A stretch of DNA of 63,549 nucleotides, the filler included, from Piptocephalis cylindrospora (taxonomy: Eukaryota), in assembly GCA_003614145.1 (NCBI GenBank). It is 22 parts of 22 records of this genome, joined end to end, with 100 filler letters (N's around TTAATTAATTAA, not from the genome) between each part and the next. Parts side by side here need not be neighbours in the genome. Positions count along the whole stretch, not along the records: positions 34,841 to 37,634 come from KZ988851.1; positions 37,735 to 40,525 come from KZ988852.1; positions 40,626 to 43,415 come from KZ988853.1; positions 43,516 to 46,301 come from KZ988854.1; positions 46,402 to 49,182 come from KZ988855.1; 17 more parts are not named here. One strand, 5' to 3'. The notes under the pieces were generated by a model. It saw only the letters and a program-made list of their open reading frames with translations, was not told the DNA's origin and did no database searches. The translations under genes were made by a program, and so were the position numbers. This document shows, in pieces, positions 34,841 through 46,492 of this stretch; position 1 is the stretch's first letter, and the number at the start of each line of letters is the position of its first letter.

Positions 34841-37574
34841 TGCCTCTCTCTCCTCTTGGACGAGAAGACGGCCTTCCAGATCAGATACTCGCCCACGTTC
34901 ATACGTCAGGGAGGTCTCCGCCTTAGCCAAAGACTCCCGAGCGTCCCGGATCTCTCGCACCAAAGCCTCAGCCCTTTCCGTTCCTTCCCGTTCGATCCGG
35001 GCCCTAGTGGCTTCAGCGGTCTCGACAGCCTCCCTAGCCTTGGAGACCTCAGCGACCCTAGCGGCCTCGGTGGCTCTAATCAACTCGGTAGCCCGAGCAG
35101 ATTCAGCTTCTTTACCTGAAGCCCTTTCTTCGGCGGTGGCCAATGCAGCCCGTAGCTCCTCTACTCGACCCGTCAAGGTCATCCTTTCCTCGGTCCAGGC
35201 CCTTCGCTCTTCCCGGGACCTCTCCTCCGCTTGAGCCCGGACCTCTCGTTCGGCCTGGAGATGAACCATCTGGGCCTCCATTCGTGACGTCTTGGCTCTG
35301 GCCTCCTCGGCTTCCTGGGCAGCTCTAGAACCAGTCAGTTCCATCTTTCCTAGGAGCTCCTGGTGGGTAGCTACACTCTTTCTGAGGGCCTCTACCTCCT
35401 GCTTTGCCTCCTCGTGCAATCGAAGCTGAGATGCCAGACGCTCTACCGGATGTGAGAAGGATAGAGGATGATTAGAAAAGTAATGGTTGATGGGTTGTGC
35501 CTCAATGTCCTCATCTTCTCTACCCTCTCATGTTCCATTTCGTTCCTTTATCTCCTCAGAGACCAGGACATACCTTGCTCAAGCGAATATTTTGCCTGGA
35601 TTTGGCCAAGCTGCACTCGAAGCTGGGAGAGCTCCTGCTCGGCTTCCCGTAGCTGGCTCCGCGTAGTACGTAAATCCACCCCAGCTTCCTGACGGTACCG
35701 GTCAAAGTTAGCCTGGAGCTCTTGGAGGAGCTGCATGGACTCGGCGGTCCCGGAACCCGAGGTGTCTCCCTCCATGGAGCGGGCAGTAGTATCACCAGGA
35801 GCCGGCCTGCCATGGAGCATCTTTCGAAGCATATCCCGTTCACGAAGGTAGGATTGGGCGGTGACCTCCTTTCGATTGATTTCCTCTTGCAAGGATCGGA
35901 TGGCTTGGTTGGCCTTTTGCATCATATCCTCGTTCTTCTCCATGATTTCGGAACGCACCCGCCTTTCCTGGTTCCTGACATCTTGCCCCATCTCACGTAC
36001 AGCGGCGAGGAGGCGTCGATTCTGCTCGATCAGACTGCCAATCGAGTCAAAAGGGGTAAGAGTGTTGTAAACGACCTCATCGATTTCGATGGCACCTCGA
36101 GTCTCACTCGTGCTCTCCTTGAGAAGGGCAGGGATAGGGGTTGTGAAAGGATGCTTTTCGTGCTGAGCCTGCAAAAGCGCGTGGATCTGGAGGGCTTGAG
36201 TCTTGGTCTCGGCCTTGAGAAGAGTTACCTGCTGTTCCTGCTCTCTCCTCATTCGATCAGCCTCCTTAGCCCGAGCATCAGCTTGACCTTGTCTCCTCCT
36301 AGCCTCTTCCAGTTGTTGGGCCTGAGAGGTTTCAGCCTCCCGCAGGGAGAGTAACTCTCGTCGATCCTCCTCGATGCTCGGAGCTCTGGCGAGGACATCG
36401 GAATAGAACTGAGTAAACTTTCCCTGAAGTACACTCTTCTCCTGCTCCACCCTTCGCAGGGTCTCGCGAACCTCGGTGAACTCCCGATACACCTGAGTAA
36501 AGGTCTTCCCTTGGGTCTGGCGTTCACTGGCTAGACGAGCTACATGAGAAAGCTGACCCTCTGGATCAGCATTCCCTTCATGATCTGGAGTGAGGGAAGC
36601 CGCTTGTTGCTGCAAGGAGTGGATGATTTCATCCCGGGCCTTGACCATTTTTTCCAGCTCATCCAGGACCTGTTCCTTTTTCTTCAGGGTCTCCTCCATC
36701 TCTGTCCTCCATGCCATGGTTCTTTCCTCAGTCTTTCCTTGATCCTCTGGTTACCTCAAAGGAGAAAAGATGAGTGGGAGCAAAAGTATAATCATCCTCA
36801 AGCCGCTCCATATGAATGTCAGACAAGGGCTTACCGATCAGACTATCCACACGAGCGCGTGCCTCATTCATGGCTCGTTCGTACATATCACACAGTCGCT
36901 GCTGCTGCGACAACTCGGCCTTAAAGGCCTCCTCCCGCTCAATCCAAGTGGATTCCTGGGCCAGACGATTCTCTCCTGCACGTTCCACCTCGGAGCGCAG
37001 GTCATCCAATTGACGCTGTAAAAGAGTAGCCCTTTCTTCGGCAGCACTCACACCATCCTTTTGTGCCTTTTCCGCTTGTTCTACCTTGCTGGACAGGGTG
37101 GCCTAAAATGAGGGAATGAGGGGACGATTTAGAGGGATTACAAGGAGTTTCCATGATCAACCACATCATTTAGAATGTCAGCTACCTTTTCCCTGCGAAG
37201 GTTGGAAGTCTCCTCGATCAAACGATCCACATCCCCTTCTAGACGCTCCTTTGCCGTCTGAGTCATTTTGACCTCTCTCTCCAGCTCAACCAACCGCATC
37301 TTCCGCTCATGGCCCTCAGTCTCTAGGGAAAGGATTTTGGACCTGGCCTCACCCCCTTCTCTGGCCGTATCACGAAGTCGGGCCTCTAGAGAAGAGGAAA
37401 GGTCACGTAATCGACCACACTCATGCTTTTCCGCATCCAAGACCTCCATGGCCTCTTGCCTGGCCCTTTCTTTGATTTCAATTTCCTTTTGGAGATCACG
37501 GATCAGATCGGTATGCCCCTTCGCACTCTCCCCATCGCCAGCCATTTTACTCTCCAAACTAGCGATCTTTTCCT
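34841..37574 (-). CDS. Tpr/Mlp1 nuclear-basket coiled-coil nucleoporin, internal multi-exon fragment
   Basis: Long heptad coiled coil with Tpr/Mlp blocks FKAELSQQQRLCDMYE, KTFTQVYREF, FDSIGSLIEQNRRLLAAVREM and ERDMLRKML; several GT-AG introns. Confidence 0.88.
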
Positions 37575-37734
37575 CTATTAAGACAGGATAGTATGGGATA
37601 AGTACGAAGAAGAAGGGGAGGGGGGAAGGATCAANNNNNNNNNNNNNNNNNNNNNNNNNNNNNNNNNNNNNNNNNNNNTTAATTAATTAANNNNNNNNNN
37701 NNNNNNNNNNNNNNNNNNNNNNNNNNNNNNNNNN

Positions 37735-39199
37735 AGATATCCACCCTTTGCGAGGTGTCCAAGCGGACAATAGAATCCGATTCAGCATCGACCTGTGTCC
37801 TGGTTTGGAGACACACTGATCCAATTCTGCCGTCCCCTCCCATACCGCCCTCTTCACCCATCCAATAGAGCCTTTCCACTCTTTCTCCCGCTCCAGAACA
37901 CGAGATACGCATATCACACCCTACTACCCATCCTTCATCCGCGTGGACAAGGAGTTTCCATCGTCTAGAGCTCCCATCACCACCACCTCCCTTTCCTTCC
38001 TCCTTGGGTCGAGATACAAGGATGATTGAAGGGTTATCCGATGGGATGGGCAGCCATAAGGACCCCTCTATTCCTTCCTCCATCCAATCCCGTTGGACCA
38101 TCAAGGGGCCCTATGAAGTAGGATGAGTGAATGGTGTTGATTTACTTACGGGAGGCAAGTCTCCCCATAGACATTTGTTGTCAATGCCACAGAAAAGCCT
38201 ACCTGTTTGGACCAAAGGATGAATTGATGATCGACGGAGCGAGTGGAAAGCCATTGACCTTGACAAGGCTCCCGAGATAACTGGATTATCCTCATATAAT
38301 GGCCATCCCATCGAGCTAGATCCCATGTTTCGACCCCGCCGGCTTCTGGCGACGAAATATGAATGGATCCTAGAGTAGGAACCACGGCAGTACACTGCAA
38401 AGTTCCTTGATCACCCAAACGTACAATTCGTAGTTGATCATCTCGATCACCACCCATGTACGAAAGAGCGCAGTATCGTCGTGGGGTAAGGGTAGCATGA
38501 CCTTGGGGGGTTTCAGGACGAGAAATACAATCCTCATCCTCATCCTCTGTCTCCTCATCCTCCTTATGGCCGTTGGATACACCATTACCGCTTTCTCCTT
38601 TGATTTCTTCACCCAGATCCTTCTCATCCATCTCACTAGCCTCTACGTCCTCTGGGAGAATGGGGAGAGATGAGCCAACAAACTCAAATCGAATCAACTC
38701 GTCCATGGTATAGAGGTGTCGGACCCTCCAGACCAGGACACGTCCACAGAGACTTTGGAGGGTGAGCATGGCATCCATGCCTCGACGAAATTTGGGCATG
38801 GATGCACCCTCTCTGACTACGGCAGTATCCTCCTCTCCATTGGGGACATCCGGCTCCGCCCAGGAAAAGGACGTGTAATCCAGAAGAATGGGAGAAGGGG
38901 AAGTTCCTAGGGGAATTTCCTTGGCGCAGTCCAGGACCGCCGAAACAAAGTAGGCTGCGGGCTTTGCATTGGCTCGTGACCATACCCTGCAATATCCATC
39001 CATGGCCATGGTGACTAGACCAGAAGAATGGCGCAGGAAGCCAAGGTAATTCACTGTCCGAGGATGAGGCAGGTAGGCAAAGTGATACGAAGTGGGGGGT
39101 AAGCAGGGTGGAGGGAGGAGCTGGGGTCCAGAATGAACATCGTGTATCTTTACCCTCCCGTCCTCCTCTTTGCCCTCATCCCCTTCGGAGGCATACCGA
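37735..39199 (-). CDS. WD40 region of a Rav1/rabconnectin-3 (DMXL)-like RAVE subunit, on the inverted segment
   Basis: FAYLPHP...LVTMAMDGYCRVWS WD-type blocks; intron near 38148; the frame reads into the 55-bp sequence that is also at 39200-39254. Confidence 0.6.
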
Positions 39200-40525
39200 G
39201 ATGCTGAATCGGATTCTATTGTCCGCTTGGACACCTCGCAAAGGGTGGATATCTGCCTCGATACCAGGTCTTTTCGACGTTCCCAGACCAGAGAGGGCGG
39301 GTCCAGGAGTCAATGGCACTTTTTAGGGTGCCGGTGCGCCTCTTGCTCGCCCTGTGATCAGGGAAATGTCTCGATCGACCCTCTTTCCATTCCAGACTCG
39401 CCCTTTTCCCTGACCCAGGTTATTTCCCAAAGCCGTTTAGGATATCACCTGAGAGGTAAGTCGGAGGCTTGCTGTCAAACGATTAGGTTAAAAGAAAGCG
39501 TCACTTTTTTATTTTCTTTAGCATCCAGCCTACTCACTTTCCATTTTTCCAAACACGGTACTCTGCTCCACTAGTGACTAAGGAGTGTGGGATGAAAAAG
39601 CGCTTGGAGATTTGGTGGGTTCCACAGGGAGAGTACTCCAAAGCCATCCTTACTTATAGTGAACAGTAAGTGCATATGCTGAATGGGGAACTGAGAAGAA
39701 GAATAACGCTGAATACTATCATCTCTGCGTAGACTTTACCATGGCAAGACTCCAAGGGGAGTGAGCTGGCTTGAGACCCTCAAGGATCCCAGTGAGATGG
39801 AGGATGCTGGGGAGTGCAAAGCCTTCCTTGCACTTCTTTTTCCCGACGAAGGCGTGAAAATTTACTCGACTCAGCGTGCTTTACCCAATCATCTTCAACT
39901 CTCCTGGTGTCATCTCATCACCCTTCCCATCACGCCTCTTTTCCAGTCCCTTCAACGTACTCAGCAGGACCTTGAAGGGATGCAAGTGGGGCAGAAGAGC
40001 GATGAGGAGGAAAGGGAAAATGATGCTGAATTGCATGGAGATACATCATCCGACATGGGCAGCACCCAAGAGGATGAGGGAGTGGATGAGGAGGAAGTGA
40101 AGAGTTTAAAGGTCAATGCCTTGGAAAGCCCAGATAGGACAATAACCAGCACTCCAACAGAACCCTTAGGGGAAAGTTGGGGAGACGTCTCGTGGTATGG
40201 TAGGGATGGAGGGTTATTCATCAGTAAGGGGTCCCAGGTTATTCTCATGCCCTCCGAGGACGTCCTCTCTCTCGTCACCGAGCGTATTGGCATGTCGCAC
40301 CCTCCTTCTGAGGTATTGGATGAAGTATGGAACCTTCTTCACTGCTCCCTACCGCGATACCATCCCTTGGCCCTGGAGCAGCATTATCTGCTTGACGGAC
40401 TGTCGCAACCCAAGATCATCCTGAAGTTACTCTATGGCTGCATAGATGACTTTGCACAGACCCCCGACACCACCCAGCAGTACATGGCGCACGGAAAAGT
40501 AAGATCTTTTTATTCCCTGGACATT
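39200..40525 (+). CDS. Continuation of the Rav1/DMXL-like gene (start of a Rav1p_C-like region), multi-exon, truncated
   Basis: VSWYGRDGGLFI and SLPRYHPLAL...KIILKLLYGCI resemble the DMXL/Rav1 SWxRDG and LPQYHP motifs; introns at ~39456 and ~39666. Confidence 0.6.
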
Positions 40526-40680
40526 NNNNNNNNNNNNNNNNNNNNNNNNNNNNNNNNNNNNNNNNNNNNTTAATTAATTAANNNNNNNNNNNNNNNNNNN
40601 NNNNNNNNNNNNNNNNNNNNNNNNNGATGCACTGGAAAGCTATGGACATTTTTCATTCCAGCATTTCACCCGATACCTCC

Positions 40681-41054
40681 CGAGCGTCGGTTTTTTTGGC
40701 CTCACCGTCCCGGACCGCAGTGCTGCCACCCTCGAGGCGGCCATTACCTGCCATGTTCGGCCTGGATCCATCATCTACACGGACATGTGGCGTGGCTACA
40801 ACGGGCTGTCCAGGATCAACGGCTACCAGCACTACGCGGTCAACTACTCGGAGACGTTCAGGGATCCAGTTACCGGGGTCCACACCAACACCATCGAGGG
40901 GACCTGGGCAGGCATCAAAAGGGCCATTCCTCCAAGATGCTACACCAAGGACATGGCGGATGACCATTTGTGGGAGTTCAGCTGGCGCCGCAAGAACAGG
41001 GCTCGTTTGTGGGATGCCTTTCTAGATGCACTGGCCGATGTGCACTTTGAATGA
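40681..41054 (+). mobile_element. Merlin/ISXO2 (IS1595-like) DDE transposase, C-terminal half
   Basis: VPDRSAATL..I..HVRPGSIIYTDMWRGY...HYAVNYS..F.DP.TGVHTNTIEGTW...HLWEFSWRR, the ISXO2-like signature. Confidence 0.93.
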
Positions 41055-41654
41055 GGGGGTAGAGTGAGAGGGGGTCAAGAGAAATATATCTTCTTTTAGC
41101 CATAGCTTTCCTTCTAGACATTCAAATGAAATGCTGTCTAGTGCATCGCGGAGCCCAATGTCTCAGGTGTCGTTGTATGAAATATGAATCATGACGTCAT
41201 ACTAGAAGTCACGTGACGTCACACTGGGGGTATAATAGACTTGCTCCGGGTAACCAAATCAGATAAGAGGAGGTATCGGGTGAAATGCTGGAATGAAAAA
41301 TGTCCATAGCTTTCCAGTGCATCGAAAAATGGAATATCGGACATCTTTATCCTACGAAAATTTGGCCCTCTCCACATCTGCATTCCAACAATTACTTTAA
41401 GAAGCAAGGCGGCAAAGACCTCATGGATCAAGAATATATTTCTCGAAAAGGTCAGATGCAGCCTTTGATATTCCCCCCAACAAATGATTCATGATGCCCG
41501 TAAACTATGGAATAGCTACTTGATGTGCTGACGTACAAGGGAAATTTGCCACGATGAGATATCCGGAGATCATGAGGCGTCCTATTGACTCCTTTCCCAG
41601 TATAAGGATATGGAATTATTCCTTAAATGTGATTGTGTAATGATGTCATCATTA

Positions 41655-42945
41655 CAGGGAAACTCCGACCACGAGGTCCCACCTTTTTAATCTATCGTGG
41701 AACTCCGAAAACGGGGTCCGCCCCTTAATTTATCGAGGACGCGGGTCCCCGTCTTTAATCTATCGGGGACACGGGTCCTCGATAGATTAAATCAGTCTTT
41801 TTCTCTTTTCTCCTCTTTTCCTGTTTTCCCCTCTATAAGAGGAAGCTCTTTTGTCCCCTTCCCCCAGACTTTGGAATAGAGACCCTTTCGCTAGCTTCTT
41901 CCCTGTCCCCTCCTGTTCCCTCCGGTCTCCTGTTTCTGTCCCTGTTATAGATTGACCATCAATGGAATAAGGATTGCCCTTTCAAAAGGATGTTTATCAC
42001 TTATGGGTCCCAACTAAAAGGCGCTAGGTATTGCGACCGTTTATGGCCTTGGATGGCATCTTTCCCGCTGGAAAATACCGCGGTATTCTACTGATAACCA
42101 CGGCAATGGATGCGCAAAACCATCTTTTCCCCGTATCCTTGGGAATTGTGGGCACCGAAAACGACGAAAATTGGATCTGGCTTTTACGCAATTTCCATCG
42201 CGTGTTGCTTCTCTCCGGACATACGGGAAACAACTTTTATCTCCGATAGGCAAAAGAGTCTGGTAAATTCAACTTCGAATGTATTCCCAAACCATTTTCA
42301 CGCCTACTGTGTGCGCCATTTAGGTGGAAGCTTGCAAAAATTCAAATGAAAAGGTTTGGTCGCTTCCCTATGGAGGATAGCAAGGGTCACAAACAAAGTT
42401 GGGTACGCTAGCGCTAAGGAGATGACACTAATTTACCCCAATGCACCACGTTGGCTAGAGGCTACCTGCATCGGGGAAAATTGGGCGTCAGCTTATTTTC
42501 GTAGAAAAAGGTGGGCAATTAATCCCCAATATTGCTGAATCCGTGGATAGCTAGTCGAGGACCCCAGTCGCCTCCTAATACTCCCACTAATAGAGAATAT
42601 TTGTCGCAAGATAATCTCGATGTCATTTAGGTATTGGGAAAGTGGGATCAAGTATTCTGGTTTGTTAACAATAGCGGATGAAATCATTAGGAGATACATT
42701 AACGAGACTAGGCACTACGAAACCAATCCTTCCACGCGTTCCATTTTTGAAATTTGGATTGAATCTTCCAGCCAAGTGGTGTGGTTACGGTGGATGAGCG
42801 GGGTTGCACGTATTGTAACAAGGCAACAAAAGAAGAGGAAAAATGGTTGATGTCTATTTCAAAGTCTGAGGGAAAGGGGACAAAAGGCTCCCCTTTTATA
42901 GACGCGGGAGGCGAGAAAAAGGGAGAAAAGAGAAGAAAAGGAAGG
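41655..42945 (+). mobile_element. Decayed Mutator-like element (MULE) with inverted repeats; boundaries approximate
   Basis: Imperfect inverted repeats ~41800-41883 and ~42850-42935 bracket MULE transposase remnants. Confidence 0.7.
42031..42815 (+). pseudogene. MULE transposase pseudogene
   Basis: RPFMALDG...GKYRGILL...DAQNHLFP...ENDENWIW and FISDRQK...FPNHFHAYCVRHL lie in different frames; stops and frameshifts present. Confidence 0.9.
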
Positions 42946-43765
42946 CATGGGAATTTTCTCATGCTTGTGGGAATCCGAAAGATAGAAGGTCTGACAGCGG
43001 CTGTCACAAAGGGGTTCTCACACCCCTTGGGAATCCCAAGGGATGTTGTTAATTACGTCAAGAATGGCGTGAGTGCGATGGCGATATGCCATTGGTTCTG
43101 TAATAATTTTCATTTTTACACTATGGTGTCTGGAAAGGTTTTGGAATCCCTTGCTACCATGCATACGTTGCATTTCTTTTCCTTAGCATAGATGCAGGGA
43201 AGCAAGTGGTGGATTATTATTATCTGGTATCGTCCTATTCTTCCACCTATGAAGTGCCGATTACTCTTCCAGAGCAAGAATTTTGGTCAACCATCCTAGG
43301 GTATATTTCCTCTCCCACTGATTCAACGTACATCCTCCTCCAAACGCTCGTTATCTCCCTGGGAGCTAAAGGGTTAGAAGGTCAGGATTGAGGATGGAAA
43401 GCAAAGAAGGCGACCNNNNNNNNNNNNNNNNNNNNNNNNNNNNNNNNNNNNNNNNNNNNTTAATTAATTAANNNNNNNNNNNNNNNNNNNNNNNNNNNNN
43501 NNNNNNNNNNNNNNNCAGGATAGGGCAGGGAACTTGACTAGAGACAGACAGCCTAGATAGGGGAATAAATGATGGTGTGGGTGCTGGGGTCAGGTGATGA
43601 TGAGGATGGATGACGCGAGGAGAGACGGCCCTGCCAAGGCGTTACCCGTCCCCTTTCCCCTCCTCCGCCTATTGGCAGTAGCAAGGGGCGGGGCGGTGTT
43701 GCGGTATGGGAGGGGGGGGTGAGGGGTGGGGAAGAAGATCACTCCCCCCTCCTTTTTCTTTTCTC

Positions 43766-43800
<35 letters not shown>

Positions 43801-43845
43801 TCTCTCTCTCCTTCATTCCTCACCCTTTCCTCTCTTCCCATCATC

Positions 43846-46028
43846 ATGGTAGTCAATGTCGATTCCTCCAAGCTCAAGTGGAAATTCCCTGTCTTGAGCA
43901 AGGACGATATTGATGGTCTTGTCGAGCAGTTCAAGTAAGTTGACCTTAGTCATGACCTGGGGTCTTTCTTTTGCACTCATCCTTTCTCCTTTTCCTCGCC
44001 TATTAGTGGCTGCTCCTTGGATACATACAACAACTTGGAGGAACGGGAGCTCATCAAGCTCTGTCAATCTCTCCCTGGAAAGCATACATACGACGAGGTG
44101 CGTGGGGCGCTTAAGCATGTGGATATCTCGACGACGGGAAAGGTGGATGTGGAGGAGTTCCTGGAGGTGGTGGCCAAGCTTCGGGAGGGGGGAGTCCCCG
44201 CGTCGCCCGGCCAGATCCCTCGGGGAAAGGGCGGGGTCGGTGTGGGGGGAAAGTCGCAGCAAAGGACCATCCTCACGGGCGGGAAGCATCATGACACCAC
44301 ACACTCTATCGATCAGGATGAAAAGGCCGAATTTACCAAGCACATCAATTACGTTCTCGCGGACGATCCTCACATCGGAACTCGTTTCCCCCTGGATACC
44401 GATACCATGCAGCTCTTTGATGAGTGCACCGACGGTCTCATTCTCTCCAAGCTCATCAATGACTCGGCCCCCGACACTATTGACGAGCGTGTCCTCAACG
44501 TCGGGGCCGGGGCCAAACGCCTCAATGCCTTCCAGATCACCGAAAACAACAATGTTGTCATTAATTCCGCCAAGGCCATTGGATGCAATGTCGTCAACAT
44601 TGGCTCCCAGGATCTGGCGGAGGGTCGAGAGCATCTGATCCTCGGTCTCATCTGGCAGATCATCAAGAAGGGCCTTTTGGCCCGAGTGGACATCAAGATC
44701 CACCCTGAGCTTTACCGACTCCTCGAGGAGGACGAGACGCTGGAGGATCTTCTTCGGCTCCCGGCCGACCAAATCCTCCTCCGGTGGTTCAATTACCACC
44801 TCAAGGCGGCAGGATGGTCTAGGACGGTTGGAAACTTTAGCTCGGACGTCAAGGATGGGGAGAATTACACTGTTCTCCTCGCCCAACTAGTACCCTCCGA
44901 GTGCTCCAGGGCCCCTTTACAGGAGAAGGACTTGCTTCGTCGCGCCGAGATGATTCTTGAATCTGCTGGTCGTATTGGCTGCCGAAAGTATTTGACCCCC
45001 AAGACCATGGTATCGGGGAACCCCCGGCTCAACCTTGCCTTTGTCGCCCATCTCTTCAATACCCATCCGGGTCTCGAAGCCTTGACCGAGCAGGAGCAGG
45101 GTACTGTCGAGGATAACCTCTTTGACTCGGAGGATGATCGGGAGGCCCGGGCCTTTGCCCTTTGGCTCAACAGCCTTGGGGTGGATCCGTTTATCAATTA
45201 CCTCTTTGAGGATCTCCAGGATGGTCTTATCCTCCTTCAGGCCATTGATCGCATCCACCCGGGTCTCGTGGATTGGAAGCGTAAGGTGACCACCAAGACC
45301 CCGGTGACTAGTCGGTTTAAGCGGGTGGAGAATACCAATTACGTCGTGATGCTCGGAAAACACCTCGGGTACTCCTTGGTTGGAATTCAAGGAGCGGACA
45401 TTACCGATGGATCTAGGACACTTACCCTGGGTGAGTTGACTCTTTTCTCGAGTGCTGTGGGGGTATGAAAACTCATCTCACCTCCCCCCCCCCCTATATG
45501 ATATCCTATAGCGCTGGTGTGGCAACTCATGAGGGAGCATGTGGTCCAGACTCTCAAGAAGCTATCCAGGGCCGGAAAGGAGGTGACGGATGCTGATATG
45601 ATCGAGTGGGCCAATGCCACGGCCAAGAAGGGCGGTCTCAGCCCTGGAGGAAAGGGCATGACGAGCTTTAAGGATCCTTCCCTGAAGAATGGTATTTTCC
45701 TCCTGGACCTTCTCAATGGCATGAGTCCGGGTATTGTGGATGCCAGTCTGGTGGCCAAGGCCAGTGGCAACGAGGAGGACTGGAAGATGAACTCCAAGTA
45801 CGCCATTAGCATTGCCAGGAAGCTGGGCGCCACCATCTTTCTTCTTCCCGAGGACATTGTCGAGGTGAAGCCCAAGATGGTACGTTGTGTCATGCATTGG
45901 AGAATGGTGTGTGCACTTGATCCATCTTCTCACCCCCTTTTCTCCTTGCTTTCTGGGGGACGGCGTATGACCATTAGATCCTTACCTTTGTGGGAAGTCT
46001 CATGGCTGTGGCCCAGGCTACCTCTTGA
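43846..46028 (+). CDS. SAC6: Fimbrin (plastin); exons 43846-43934, 44007-45430, 45512-45879, 45978-46028
   Basis: EF-hand-like N-terminus plus four CH domains (DGLILSKLINDSAPDTIDER, LILGLIWQII, QILLRWFNYHL, YAISIARKLGA); all three introns splice in frame. Confidence 0.97.
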
Positions 46029-46425
46029 TCTTGAAAGGCGAAAAGGACTCGGATGGAATGGGGGGGGAGGGGAGGGGCAATACATTATTTGGCCGAGTGT
46101 TTTTTTGGGGTTGGACACTCAGTCTAGATAGATCATCGTCGCCGCATCATGACGGTCTTTGAAAGGGAGAAGAGAGCGGTATGGTCACTTAAACTCCTTA
46201 CATCGCACAGCCGCAACCGTATTGTTTCGATCCTCCTCATCTCCGACATGTTCATCTTGGTCTTTTTCTCTGTGTGCTCAACCCCCAAAAAAAAACCCGC
46301 CNNNNNNNNNNNNNNNNNNNNNNNNNNNNNNNNNNNNNNNNNNNNTTAATTAATTAANNNNNNNNNNNNNNNNNNNNNNNNNNNNNNNNNNNNNNNNNNN
46401 NCCCCCCCCCCCCCCCCCCCCCCCC

Positions 46426-46456
<31 letters not shown>

Positions 46457-46492
46457 TACCTCTCTGTTCGGCCCTATCCTTCCACACACCAG

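Noticed and set aside
43813..44886. Long antisense ORFs over fimbrin (and similarly over VTC4, the Sel1 gene and AKR)
   Set aside because: Expected by-product of GC3-biased codon usage on the coding strand
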